A DNA stretch of 64,000 bases from Orbicella franksi (taxonomy: Eukaryota): positions 21,018,001-21,082,000 of the forward strand of contig OZ116712.1 in the NCBI GenBank assembly GCA_964199315.1, given 5' to 3'. Of the stretch, positions 33,774 to 48,700 are shown piece after piece. How positions within the stretch are numbered: the stretch's first letter is position 1; every line of letters starts with the position of its first letter. Made by a program: the position numbers and the translations under genes. Below the pieces are notes generated by a model. It was given only the letters and a program-made list of their open reading frames with translations. It was not told the DNA's origin and did no database searches.

Positions 33774-36700
33774 TTACGTGTTGCTAGGTTCGACCGATGT
33801 GAAAAACCACTCGCTGAACTTCCGAAGCTGATGCGAAGCTGTCCGAAGATCTTCTTGCAGTTTTTTGTTTTCTTTCTGCAGTCTTCGTAATTCCGAATCT
33901 AGGCGTTGTTTGTCTTCTCCCTCCTGTTCAGAAAAAGACAACCATTCAGTGTGAAGTTGTAAACAAAGATTCTCCTATAGGGATGTGAAATAAAAACTCC
34001 AACACACCTTCATCAAAGCGTTTGACACAATGGCAAGCTTCATTTCAAGCTCAGCCTCTTTTCCGATGCTCTCCCTTGTGAGCAAACTGAAATGAATATT
34101 AAACACCGATACATGAACACCTAGAATTTTGCTAGTATTAAGGATAAGGCCTAACATTAGCCTTCCCTACAAGGCCAAGCCTTTGCTTTGATAATACATG
34201 ACACTGTCTATATAGCTGGGACAGTTTTCTAACGAGTAAGCAAAGTCCACACGCCTGAGTCACAAACCAATCAGAACCCTGGAAACAAAGCACGTGACAT
34301 GTGCAAGAGCGGGAATTGTCGTTTGTGCCAAATCCTGCTTGTACTTGATTGGTGTAGAGAACTGATGTCTTTACTTTGATTGAGTAGTGCACACGCGAAA
34401 GGCTCTCGACTGGGTTGTACAGGTCAACCATAGAACAAGAGTCAGTGAAACGCAAACTTAATACAAAAGTCGCTTGTAAAACATCTTTACTGAAGGAGAA
34501 TTATGTCAACATGCAACTGAGTAACTAGTGAGGCCACGGATCAGTGCCTTTCTAGAAAATACAACCAATTTGTTTACATGTAGCGGAGCTACACTACGCT
34601 GCGAAACACCCAAGATCTCAAATCGTGTTCAAAACGATCGGAAGTCTAAAAATATTTTTTTCTGTTCCGTAGCAAGCAAGACTTACCTTTCACCAGAATT
34701 TCCTTTGGAACTCTGTAAAAAGACAAAACAAGTAAACAAGAAAGTTAACGTTACTATTTTTAGAAAAGAATTAAATTGCAATAACTTTTTTAATTTGTCG
34801 TTATTGTCAGCGTCCATTGAATTCACAAATCAACTAGTTGTGCGTGACTTAGGAATATTTAAAGTAATAAATAAGGCCTCCTTGACTTCTGAAGTGATAC
34901 GATTTGCTTATCTTTGATGGTGATGGAGAACAAGAGGACGATATTTGGTCGTACAGAATATATTGCTCTTGTACGGGGTAACCTGTGTTAACGCTACTCA
35001 ACCAAAGAATGAAAAAAATCCATTAAAGAATTTGAAGATTTAACTGTTATAATTAACATCTTGGAAGCTGGCTAATTTGAAAACGAAAGAAAATGATTTT
35101 GGAGAGTTTGATTCGACTCGACCTAATTAGGCTGCAGTGGCACGATGTGCTGAATCCCACAATACAACTTATAATCTAAGTGCATGGACGAGTACTACAT
35201 AGTGTAGTAATTACTCTTCAAATGAATTCTCTCAGCAGGACTTTCATGTGACCGGCTATTTGTTTTGTTTTGTTTTGTTTTTTTTTTGCATTTGGCAAAA
35301 TGATTTTTTTTTTTTTATTTTAATTTTGACCCTGAGCACTCTTGGCAGTGAAAGGTATTTAAACTGCGTATCGCATCGCTATTCCAGCCAACTTTGTAGG
35401 TTTTGACAATTGGGTACGACCCCATTGGCGATGGCCAGATAAGAAGCTATGATACACACGCAAGTTAACGATCTTAGCTCGGTTTCACGTACAAATACAA
35501 GTTAAACAAGGCCGGAACAAGCAAGTGGAAACACCTCATGTAGCTTAAACATTTAAGTTAACAGATTGGACAGAATGGGCGAACATTTACAATCACGTCA
35601 CAGACAAAAATAATTCCTAGATATGGTCAGTGAACCATGTATTATCGAAAAGGCATGAAGAAACCTAACACACGGAGAATTTAAGGACGAGTGTGTGAGA
35701 GTGATTTGTACAAAAAGTGCCAAAATATAATACGGACTTTAAAACTAAAACAGTCTTCAACTGCACTAATTATTTCAGTTTCTCATGAGTGGTCATTTTT
35801 GTTCGCGCTGTGCGTTCTGTTTCAGTGATTTGAAATCATTTCGACGTAATTGCAACAGCATTCTTCCCACACCACCAAAGAGCTTTGATATGAGGAAACT
35901 GAACTCTCAGCCTTCAGCATACACACTGGCAGTCGCAACAAAACAAGTACAATACGTGTATCTTCACAATAAATCCTGACACTGAAGCAGCTCGTGTAGA
36001 CCCGTGTATGCTGTCAGAGACCGCATGTATGCAAACAATAATATCAACCGCATTTGTTTCAATTATTCAAGACTAACAACCTAACCCCAACTTTTGTTGT
36101 GACTTAAGGAACTGGCATTTTGCACGTTAGCACTGTCGCAGACTAGATTTTGCCACAACCAAGAGCATTAACACACCACGTCACAATGTTTGCAGTTATA
36201 AGTACAACGCTATGCAACATTTAAGAAGGTTTATCTTTAATCCAGTGAATTCGCACGTTATACAAACATTCCAAGAACGACGTATGTTGAAAACGGAATG
36301 CAAAAACTTCACTTACCGGCGCGGCAAATATTCTCTCGTCGAAGCTATGTCTCCTGGGAACAACAGGGATATAAAACTTGTGAGGTCCGTGAGAGCGGCC
36401 GCGACCTGCAATACAACAGAAAAAAACATGAACAACTTTAGATCGAGTGCCTTCGGTTGAAGATTGCATGCTAATTGAAGTGGCGGTCCCTCACCTGAAC
36501 CGGCCGATGATGGCCGAACATTCGTTCGCCACAGTATTCGGGCAGGTTTTGGCTGCGTTGGATCAGACACAGGCATGGCGAAAATATCTTGCTACGGAAA
36601 TTGAGAGGCAAGCGTTCACGAGGCGCCATTGTTGTCCATTTCAGGACGCTGTGGCAATAACAATCAAAGCCGCAGGCTTGTTTATTACGGTAGAGCGAGT

Positions 36701-39700
36701 CTTTTGAGAGAAACTGCGGGCGGTCAGGGATTCGTTAAATTATCGCACCAGACAGTTCTGGAGCAACAGTGCCTCATTTGAATTTTGACAACACTTTCAC
36801 TCTCAGTCTCAAACGATAGATTCTCCTTACCCATTGTCGAACATTTCTTTGTAAATTAGCTGTGAGAAACTGGTTTTACATCAAGACGATTTCCCTCCTG
36901 ATGATGTTCGTTATTCTCAACACTTGTCTACTCGACAATGTACGAATATTGTAAGAAGAAAATAGACGTCGATCTTTGTTTAACGGTGCTAATTGATGTT
37001 GATGGAACAAGCCATCTTCCACAGGTTTTACATTATTCATCAGTTCATAATTCAACTTAAGCCTAAACCTTTACACAAGAATTTGACCGCCTCATTTCTG
37101 GGGGCAGAACAAGACGGGAGAAATAACTTATAAAAAAGAATTTCCGCAGGAAGAAGGTTTTCCGACCACACCTTCAAGACCTTCAAGTGCTTGGAGGCAA
37201 AAAGACGGATGTTGACAAAACACCGACATGGAATAGGAAGGGTTAATTATGTTTTCAAGAATTACTTGTCATTGTTAGACATATCAGATGTTGACGAACA
37301 AGTGAAGATGCTATCGATACAACATGATCTTATCAGGACAAACCATTCAACAAAAAGGTTACGCCATTAACAAAGTGATCTTAATTTTAAGGTCACCAAT
37401 GCTCCTGCTGTGTTTCTCTTCCATCATCTCTGTTGGCTTAAAAACAACTAGTTTGTTTTGGACTTCTCAATTGTAAGAGAAGTCCACGAATGGTAGTCCA
37501 GTACGCTCGCTTTATTTCAGCCGTTTTTGGCGCGAGGTGAAAGCCTGAAGCAGGTAAAGTCAAATTCCTCAAGGACCTTGCGCAACGCCGCTAAATGACA
37601 ACTTCAAAATCCAGAGAAATCTCGAAATCGCTTTGAAACATAACTAAATAACAAAAGAAGATACTCAAAAAGCTATGGTAGTATGGCTGTAATTCGCATT
37701 GAGGGCCACTAGTTTGTCAACACTCGACTGTACAGTCATAAAACAAATTCATTTTGTCTGCACTTGAAACTAAGATTTCTAATTCTAATTCTAAGATTTC
37801 AGAAATAGCGGGTGAGAGATAAAGTAATGAAACCACAGCAATACACTGACTTCCGATACGAAACATTTTAGCATATTTTAAACATTTCCACAGCTGTATG
37901 TCCCTTTTTTCAGAAGCAGGACTACGACAGCTACAGTTGTCTTAAATTTGTGTTATTTTATCGCACAACGTCACACGCGTAAAAACCATAACGTTCTCGA
38001 ACACACGATTCGAACTCAACAGGTCGACAATGCAACCAAAAAACGATACTAAAACAGAAGAGCGTGATCATTTGGTCAATATACCCAAGTACAACCTAAA
38101 AATGTAAACATTTATGAAATTTGCTGAAATATTTACATTTTTTGAATGCCATGCAAGTTTCTATACTTACGTTATAAGCTATTTATAACTCAAACATAAA
38201 CGCACTTCCGATTTAGGTTAGCCTGCGTTCCCGTACCGAGCTTTTCCGCACCCTGGCCGCGCGCAAATCGACTCTCTCCAATTTGCGCGCGGCCAGAGAG
38301 CAGAAAAAGTTATTCGTATGGGAACGCTTACTCCACTAAAATTCCACTAAAACACGGTATCATTCAATCTATGCAGAATGGAGTTCGCATTGTTCTCGAT
38401 GTTGATAACCTTGATGCCCGCTTTACTACGCAGCTTATTTCTCTCAGAGATAACAAGAGGTCAATAACGCAGATACGAGTCAGACGTTGTAGATAAATTA
38501 ACTACCCTTTATCAAACGTTGCGTGATGCTACACGTCACGCCCTTAAAGGAAACCAGCACGTCTACATACAGTGAGTGCAGCACACGAAACGCTGGTCAC
38601 GCAACCGAGAGGAAAACGTGTTTTGTTATGTTTCGCGAGGTTTGTTTTCATTAAAAAGAAATACACAACTCAGCCGAGAGATGAATGCAGCCTCTGTAGC
38701 CACGCAAGGGAAGATCGAGGACCGGACAACCAACAACTTCAACAGATCAAACATTTTACAACTTCCTTCCGTTTGCTCGGAACGAAATAAAAACACACGG
38801 GAACAAGATGCAGAAAAACAAAACGAATGTAAATATGCACCATATCCACCACTCAAACATTCTTAAAACAATATAACTATTTCAATATTTAGCTGGCAAA
38901 AAACGCACAACAAAATACACACACCCTGTTGTCAGAAGGACATTTCAACCTCTTGAGCGCCAGATGACATCACGCGGATTGCAGCCGAACTTGCATGCAG
39001 GAAGCTTTAACACAGCAGGGAAACACTTGTACAAAATTACTTCGCAGGAGTGGTATTAAAAGTGGATTTCGAGTACAAAAGAATTAGACATAAAAATTAA
39101 GTGCAGAGAGAGTCCTGTTGTGAAAAGTTAAGACTCGGCACAGCGCCAGAAAACTATCATTTATATTAATTTTAAAGACACTGACTTTGCATTTGATTTC
39201 AACTCGACTCATTGTTTCAATTTCAAAAGGAAATTGCTTCGAACATAATCCCCTAATTGTAAAAAACACGAAACTTCTAGATATATTTCTTGACTGATTC
39301 TTCAAAACTTTAACGACTTCATGCAAATAGTTGTAGACAAAATTATCTTAACTTTACGATTAGCTTCGAGCAATGAATCTCATAAAACACACACAGATTG
39401 CATGTTAGAATATGCGGCGAAAGTACCACAAGACTTCGAATTGCTTGGATACTATGCCAAAACAGCAAAAATTGCTGTCAAAGATTAGTTTCTCTCAAGA
39501 AAAAAATGCAATTAATCCCAAATAAAGTAAAAATTCAATTCATCACGTTCGTGTAAACATAATTAGTGCGCGAGTGATTGCTCCATTGTACAGCCGCTAA
39601 GTAATTAAATGCTGCAAAACACTTTGTGTAACAGCTAGCTCTTCACTTAAAACACGCAATCTCTTTTGAATTAAGGCGAATAAGATTTAACTTTGAAGCT

Positions 39701-42700
39701 GCGAAATAAATAATCCTTCTGTTGCAGTTTGCTGGTAATGTCAGAGGGCACACAATGCAGGCGTTCCCATCAGATGTATTAAACTAAGCTGTAGAATTTA
39801 GCTGCTAAAAACTTACTTCCACCAATTAAGTTGTTCTTATACAAATTCCTTGGATACTGCGGTTGTAGACATGACTTGGGGATTCCAAAAATAGTGCCTA
39901 AATCCCATTTTCTTCTGGCCATAGCGTATTCTGTTCTCCCAACACTCATGACTCTTGTGTTTACGAAATTGAATACCTTTCGCCGAATCAATAAACGGGT
40001 TGTCACCTTCTAATGTCACGCAAATATTCCAGAACTATTTCCGTCGATTACGCAATATAAACAATCACTTCTATGTGATATGTGCGGCACGTCTAGAGTC
40101 AATCGTAATGACAATATTACGTTAGATTCTCGATGTTTTCCAAAAATAACTCACTTGAAATGTCGACAACAAAATGGATACAACTGGTGCTTAATTTTTT
40201 TTCGCCCTCCTGCATTTCCTGCATAATGTTCAGACCGGATGAACACTTAATGGCTTCGTAATATTGGTTTTCCTCATTAATTTGTGACAAAGATTTAATC
40301 TTGCTTTACGACCCCTTGCGCAACATCGGCGTATGTCAAAGTCTAACAACATTTTTCACCAAATCCAATTTTTTAATCACGTTCAATAGTGAAAACTATA
40401 ACTGCTGCAAACGAATCGAACTCACTGCTGACTAGCGTTCGTTTGAATGGCCACGCACTAGGGTTTGTCCACAGACTTAAAAGTTAGAACCACCTTGTAC
40501 CAAATGAAAGTACTGCTCAATAGCTTTCATTTGAATGGTCACACACTAGGGTTTTATCCACAGATTTCAATTCGTTTTTCAAGCAAATCTCATTTAAACG
40601 GTAGAACATTTTTCTCAGTAAGATCAGGAGAGAGAACAAGAGACGCGCGCAGATCAGAAATGCATCCCACGCCTTCATATTTCTAACATTTTTCATACTC
40701 AAAATCACAAAGTTTGTAATTTTAACTCAATCTCTCCCATGCCCAGCAGAGCGGATACTTTCCGGAATTTTGGGTGGAGGTGGGTTTATCAAAAAGTTCT
40801 CAAAAGCTAATCCCATTTCCACGCCCTTTTTCATACTTGATCACAAAACTGTCCCCCATTTCAGATCCAACCTTATAGTTGGCCAAATCAAACTATTCAA
40901 CACCATTTTCTACTTAGTATGTGATTTTCTAACATCATGCAAGCATCTACCACTAATCCTTCAGGGACAAAATGACACATATTAACAGAAACTGAGGAAG
41001 GGCAAAAATTCTGAGAGTTCTGGCTCTAGGTAGCCCGCGAACGTAAGCGAATTTCTGCCTTTGTTGACGCTGCCATGTCAAGGCACGTCTCTCCCTCCCC
41101 TCCCTTCTTCATCCCTTACCATCCCCACGACACTTACCCGGTGCCTTTATTCTGCTTAGTGACTTGTCCTTATCCTTTCTGTCCCTCTCCTCCCTAGAAG
41201 CAGATGACTGGTGATGAAGCAGATCTGACGCGCGTGTAAGAGAATGCAGCACATCTTCTGCTATAACAAGAGACGAACCTTTATCATATTTGACACCTTT
41301 TGTGGCGTGTAAAAGCCGCGAAGTCTGATCCACGATTGAATCATTTGGTTCTTCGCTGGCGCTCATTTTAATCTTGGTAATCCGCGCTCCTTTGAGATGC
41401 GAGGAATGGGAATGAGAGTGCGTGCGATGACTGCGAATCTCGCGCGAGTCACTCGCGCGTGGCGAAGTTCCTGCCTCCAACTCGCGCGGGAGACTAGAAG
41501 ACTTTTTGTTCCTGTCAGGAGTAAAGTGCAGTTTTCCCGCCACTGTCGGAGTAGCGTCGACAGAATCCCCGCCTCGGGTTAACCGTGCCTTGCTTTCTTC
41601 ATCAGAAGAGTCCGAATTCCCACCAGCCGCTGCAACCAATTGTTTGGAAACATGTCTTTGTCGTCTGCTCGATCTTTGACGAGGAACTGTTTGAGATTTG
41701 TCGACAGCATGGGAGCCCGAACTCGTAGAACTTGTCAGACGGATTTTTCTTTCGGAGCGTACCACAGGTTTAGCGGTTCGACTGCTGTCTGGAGTTCGAA
41801 CTTTGACATGAGGAGACTCGGACGATTTCTTCCGCCTGGAGTGGTGCGCCATCTTAACAGCATCCCCGCCGTCCCTCTCTGAAGACAACATCCTGGCGCT
41901 CTCATCTTGGGATGATTGACGCGGTCTTGCGAGTTTTCCGCCGTTCATGGCCCTCCCGCCGTCAACCGGAGTGCTTCTGCTCTTGGCGTGGTAGATCTTA
42001 ATGCCTTCCACGTTGTCGCCTTCAAGAGACTGTCTATGGTTTTCCAGTCGTTCTATGAGCAGATTTCGCGCAGCCATACGCGCCTCATACTCTGATTTCC
42101 GCACGGCCTCCTTCTTGACTTGAACTGATGTTGGTGATGCTTCCATCACTGTAGCAGTCTTGCTTTTGATCACGTTCTGAGGCAGATCACCTTCGCTCTT
42201 TCTCTGAAGAACTCTATCGTGTTCTTTATTGGCTTCTTTTGACAACCGTTTCAGAATGTTTGCAGGAGATTCTTCATCGTCGCTGCTCCTGTCTCGGTTG
42301 AGCGATTCTCCTGACTGCGCTCTGCGCGTCAAATGCAGGTCCTGCATGGAGTTAGAAGGACTCCTATTCCCGTTTTTCAACCGCTTGCTGCCAGTCCGCT
42401 CCAGACTCCCTGTCCCGTTTGCGATCATGTCGGGAGTTTTAAATCCAAATGCTCTTTCGATCTGATCTACCGTGTCAGACATGGTCGCCTCAGTGATGTC
42501 TTCATAACTTTGTTTCTGTTTGTAAGTGTTGACGGTCGTGATGACCGCACCAAGACTAGTTTCTTTGAAAGGCATAGCAGCAGCCTGCATCTTCTCACCA
42601 TCCGCTGTTTCAAGACTCTGCTCCCTCGTGTTACCATTACTGGGCGTTGAAGCTATAGGATCAATGTTCACTCGAAGAGTTCCGAAACTATCCGCCGGCG

Positions 42701-45700
42701 TTCGGGTTTCTTGCGCGTTTCCCTCCAACCTGGAAGGGGTATCACCATGTCCCTGTCCATTCAGGACCACTCTCCGATGTCTCTGTGAAGTGCTTCCAAA
42801 TATGGGGATCTCTGGAGTGCGCGGAGACAATGGCGGAGATGAGGGTCCACTCGCAATGGCATATAACGTACCTGACGCTGTATGGGCCGTTAATGTCACG
42901 CCCACAGATTTGGTGGGGCGTGGTTCTGAATCAAGCGCAACGAACCCGCTCCATTTTGGTCCCTCGTGTGCTTCAGGGGCACCCTGGAGTCTTTCCTCGC
43001 TAGGCGTTATGCTTGTAACTGTATAGGAAGCTCCGTATGTAGCGCCTTGTTGTCGCGGCGTTTCGTGGAGTGTTGACGTGCTACCGCTGACAGAAGACGC
43101 TGAGCTCGCCCCAGGGGATCCGGGTTGATCCGGAGGACGGGAGCCTGAGTACATAGCTCTGAAAGAAACAAAACATGGAAACCTTAACACTAGAGACTTG
43201 AAGGACCTAGCGTTCTAGCTGAACGGAGCAGACGATTGTTCACAAGTGAAGAAAGGTTGCGAAAGAAAGAGAAAAAGAAAGAAAGACTTGAAGTGTCAAA
43301 GAGTATTTAGCTTCAGAAAAAACTACTTAGGGACACTATTTTGACCCCAAGTATATCTTAGTTACATAAAATTAAATTTATTTACAATTCAAATTCGATG
43401 AAATAGGCTCCGTGGCATTAGGCATTGTTATTACAGACCAACTTAGGGAAAATTTGCACAATACCGACGAATATCTAAAAGATCTTTTTATGCAAAATGA
43501 AATCCTGTGCACAACAACTGAAGATAATAGTTTTCATTCTGTTTATTCTCACCTAGCTTCCATAGGTGTTGAGTTCGCTTGTTTGATCCACGGACTTTCC
43601 TTTCCTTTCACTCCGTTCTTTGACGATCCTTTTGATGGCTGCTTCCGTCCGTTGTCAGGAGCTGATATGGACGAGTTGGAGGCTGCCGAGAGATCACGTG
43701 ACTCCGCTTCCTCTGCTACAGATGATGCGCTGCCGAACGACGACATGGTCGTGACTGACGCACGACTGGACGAGGTCCAGTAGGAACCACTAAGGGGCTG
43801 GATACCCCTGGGGAAAGAAAATGCCATGGGGGTTAGATGCGTAAGCGACGCTTTGAGTGAGAAACGTTAGGGGGTAGCAAGGCTGTTGCCTAAGGAAATT
43901 TTTAAGGAGCCCTTCGGGCTTCTTCCACCAAAAGTTAGGAGCCCAAGCCACTTTTTTAGGAGCCCAAATAAAATTCTCCGTGGTCAATCCGGGAGGGGGG
44001 GGGGTTGGGGAGGTTGAGGAAGGTGGCGGGGGGTTAATTGTGGAAATTTTGGAGAGGGGTCCTGGGGCAGAGATTTTCCATGAGACACTAATATGGTCTA
44101 ATATCAATCAAATTTTATAAATAAAGCATTTAGCAAAGTGATCAGGTCATGACTGAGAAAGAATACTATTTCTGGTCAAACTCAATTATTGGTGTATCCA
44201 TGCAGGTGCTGCAGCTTTTTTATAAAAATTTACATTGCTGCTTTTGTTTTTGAGTTTTGCAATTCTATTTTAAAAAGACGAAATACGTTGTACAAATCAT
44301 GTGAATTTGGCCTCACTGAAATGTGCGTTCCTTCCCCGGGCTTGGGACATTAGTGTAAACTAAAGGTGATTTTGAGGCAGCATTACAGCAATATTGGCCA
44401 CTTCTTTGGAGAAAATATTGGGCGGGGTCGCGACAATTGATTTGATAATTTAAAATATGGAACTCTAGTATGCAAAGAGAATTGCAATGATGTGTTCTTT
44501 TTGGTGGCTAGTTACTTGAATTATCCTTTCAGAACCTAAAGAAATTCATTCAGTACATCTAAGTGAAGTTTTCTGAAGTATCAGACAAATATTTAGACAC
44601 ATTTATCTTTTTTCAACTGTAAATATAATGTCAGCAGGATCATCACTCCAATTCCAAAAATATTTGTTATCAAAGTAGTTAATTTGCAACTTGGAATCAG
44701 TAAGGCATCAATAGAGACACAATCCATTGGCATACATGATGTACAGTTATTCAATACTGAGCTTGCAATGCATTATAGGGCGAATTTTCAAACATGGCTG
44801 TTTTCGGCTGTTTCGTGAGTGGACAGAGACTTTGTTGCCGTGCTTTTGCCCAGATTTCTCGTGATAAAAGCAAAACAGGACCAGAGTAGCTGTTGTTTTC
44901 CGTTTAATTTATTGTGTGAACGATTTTTTGACCAATTTCATGAGAAGATTGAAGTCATCGGACATATTACATGGGAAACAAAACTCCATGTTTAGGCGCC
45001 CACTCGGGCTCCTTGAACAAAACTTTAGTCGCCCGCACTCGTAAGTTAGGCGCCTCAGGCGACCGGGCGCCCGTTAGGCAGCAGCCTTGGGGTAGGAACA
45101 CCTGAGGGGCTGGATACCCCTGGGAAAGAAAATGCTGTGGCATTAGATGCGTAAGGGGTGCATGAAATGAGACAGGTAAGGGGGTTGGCATAACTTGAGG
45201 GGGGGAACAACAAGGGAGATTGAGACAAGCAATGTCGGGGGAGCAAATTCAATGAGTGGATAAAAGGAACGGAGTTTGACATCCCTCGGGGAAAAAAGAC
45301 ATAACACGGAAAGGATAACCCTGGAGGAACACAAAAGGACATAAGTAGGTTACAGCAAGGATGGCAGGCAAATAAAACTCACTTTCTCGGCTTGCCGCTC
45401 TGGAATGGAGGCACGATGACTGCAGATACAGATCCTGGCTTGCGTAATATGTCAATCATCTGATCATGACTCAGAGTGGCTACAATCATCCCATTAATCT
45501 GATAAAGAGTAATCATAAGTTATTAAGTTATCAATAAGGAAATAATCACACTAAACACAAGCTTATGATCTACAATGCCGATGCAGTGACTCCGTGAAAG
45601 CAATACGTTATCAAAACACCACTCACAGCAGTCATAGTGTGGAGCCGTACCTCCTTAGAGTCTCCAGCAAAAACTTGCACATCCGCAATTTCAGAAAAAC

Positions 45701-48700
45701 TCTAGTTCGAAGAATTAAACTTTAAAGAATTTATCTACCCATGTTTAGCTGTATTATGCCAATGTTAGCATCACACATGAAACACTAAGAAACTACAAGG
45801 ATTAAAGCTCTTCATTTCCATGAATTCTACGTTCCATTCCCAATTGTAAATACGTCCTTTTCCCATTAGCAGCGTTGCTAGCTTTAAACTCGTCATTATT
45901 CATGATACAATACCTTCTCTTAGCTTAAGCAGTTAGTAAGTAACAAACCTCCACCAGCCGAGATCCTTGCCGCAGTCCAGCTTGCCAGGCAAAACCAGAC
46001 GGCTCGACATCTGCAATGAGTCCCTCAAACTGGACGTGGAATCCTAACTGACCCACAGTATTCCGCCGTAACGTCATGGTTTGGGTCTGAAAGTGACGAG
46101 AACAGGGGCTTTCATACAATGCTAGATATCAATAATCTGTTGCCAAGGTACGTACATGTGCGTGCATTACGTTATCGAAACAGTTCCTCCATGACAACAA
46201 AAATTTCACACTGAGGCACTATACATATAGATACAGTACATGTACGGCTTGCAACAAAAGATAATTTCGTTCTGGTAAAGTCTTTGCCAAATTTCGATTT
46301 CAAGAATTTAGACTGACATTTAGTCATGTAGATACATGCATAAAGCAGCGACGCTACAAGAAATCCTGGTAGGAATATCTGTTTTACCTGACAACCGATG
46401 GAAATTTCTTCAAGTCTTCTGACAATCTCTGGAATGTCATCCGAGTCAGATGTTGGAATGTTCAACACCAGGCAGTCTCCACTACCGTAAAACACTTTAA
46501 TGCTGCAAGAAAACAAAAATAATAACAGAAATAAATTACAATATTTCAAGAGGAAGCCATATCAGCCTTGGCTGGTTTTCATGCAGGTCCTCTCTCCTGG
46601 TCGAATTAGAATTTGGAGATGTTGGTTTTTGCAGAGGGCGGAAAACTGGAGAACCCGGAGAAAACCCTTGGAGCAAGGCAAGAACCAACAACAAACTCAA
46701 CCCACATATAGCAACAGACGGGAATCGAACCCAGGCCGCATTGGTGGGAGGCGAACGCTCTCACCATTGTGGAAAAACGTTCAAGATTAGGACGTTGTGC
46801 CTTAAAGGGACAAAGTCTTAACCTTGTACGTTTTTCCACAACACGAAAAAAAACAATACAATACCTATAATACAATATAATACCTGTAATATAATCTGTC
46901 ACCAACAATCTCTTACACTGTGTCCACGAAGAGCAGTTTTTATCATTTTGGGGGTGAATTTTTTTATTCTTTGATTGTAGATATGAAGATAGGTAGCTAG
47001 TTGGTTATCATAAACAGACCGATGGTAATACCATGTATAAATTTATAAAGTTATCGTATCGTGTCGTATTGTACCTTTGTGAGAGGGAGGTCCATCCAAT
47101 CACAGACTTAGCTGGAATGCTAAATATGACTTCCTGCACAGAATAAAACAAAACAAAATTGGATCATGAATGCTAAAACAGCTAGAAGAATTCTATGAAA
47201 AGCCATGTATGTCTTAAGTCTGCCTCATGGTCTACTGAGAATCTTTCAGCCCTGCTGTCCTGCAGGCTACTGACTGGAGTACACATGTAAAACAACTCTG
47301 TGTCATGTCTCATTGCTTACCTTGGTAGAGGAATGGACCAACACCAAAGTATCAGCAGAGATTCCCATCTTGCAGTCGATCATGGAGGAGTTCCTGTAGT
47401 CTTCAACCTGCAATGTTTGTTTCCCATATCAGTCAGTACTGTAAATTCACACGAAAGAAAAGAAGTATACCACTGTCTAACTTTTCTCCAGAAAATTATC
47501 ATCACATGACAACTTTGGTCCCATTATTGAGACATGACAACCTCAGTTCCTTTAGAAAACCATAAATTTATATAATAAAAGCTCTACTAGACTGCAAGCA
47601 GTCTCTCCTTTGCTGGAAAGTCTGTGGGGAAGGGCGCAAAACAAGTGAATGTGCAAGTGTGACTGCAAGCGTGACATACGGGCGGCGAGCGGTGCAGCCA
47701 ACGCCCGCGCTACTTGCAGTTTGCGCCTTCACATATCAAGCTCACATGCTCACGACCCCTCACTTGTGTTGGATTTTTGAGCAAAAGAGGGTCAGACTGC
47801 TCGCAGTCTAAAGCGTTAGGGGAAAGAGACTGAAATTTAAGAGAATTACCTGTACTTGCCAAACTAATGCCCCTCTTGAAACCTTTTCAGGACTGATGGG
47901 TGGCCGAACTTTCTCCTTCTTCTTTGTCGACCTTAAAATACCTGAAGAAACAGAGATGCACCAAAAGAACAGCATTAACTTTGCTAAACATATCGCATGT
48001 TAGCTATGCACTTGTGTTACTGTTTACCTTTTCCTTTAGCTCCTGTCTCAAGTGTGGTGTTGGTGACGAAATTTGTGGCGAGATCTTTCAGATATTCATG
48101 TCTTGTCCTTGTGGCCATTGCACTGAACTTCTCTGATTTGTGTGCAGCATTTTCAGCATTTATCACTGTGATTAACACAAAAATAAAACATCATGTCTCA
48201 TTTCCAATTCCTTTGCATGGTTCTCAATCCATAAGTGTTTTCACATGAAGTCACTTCGATAGAATAAACTACATTCCTTACCTTTTGTCAGCAGAAAATC
48301 TACAAAAGCTTTCTGTTTGCCAAACTTGGCTCCTGCAGGAATGTTTGGCCCAAATGGAGGAACATCTTTTGAACGGCTTACTGCAACTCTAAAGAGGGTA
48401 CAGCAAACAATTTGTTATCATTAAATGCACCAATACATGTAGCTGAAAGATGATGGGTGAAGAGTTCTCATCACAGAACATAGAGGTTACACCAGCCCTT
48501 TCATGAATACAGGCCTACTGTTGAGAAGATATTATTTAGCTTTTTTTTTTTTGCTAGAACTGGTATGTATAGATCTCTAGGGTGTAAATAAATCAGAGCA
48601 CTACTCAGAAAGCAAGCCACTTGTACTGTACCTCTTTAAGGGGATCCTTGGAAAAATTCTGACAGCCATCCCCATAAATAATATGGAATTCTCCTCCCCA

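Noticed and set aside
39837-40019. Minus-strand ORF ending ...AVSKEFV as an alternative SIPA1L last exon
   Set aside because: Poor polypyrimidine tract, and the family-typical coiled-coil terminus is found at 33774-34086.
41397-43783. Several plus-strand ORFs of 60-166 aa
   Set aside because: Antisense shadows of the large GC-rich SIPA1L exons.
46700-46771. Possible tRNA gene
   Set aside because: A/B boxes are present but there is no complete cloverleaf or acceptor stem, and it continues into a SINE body.
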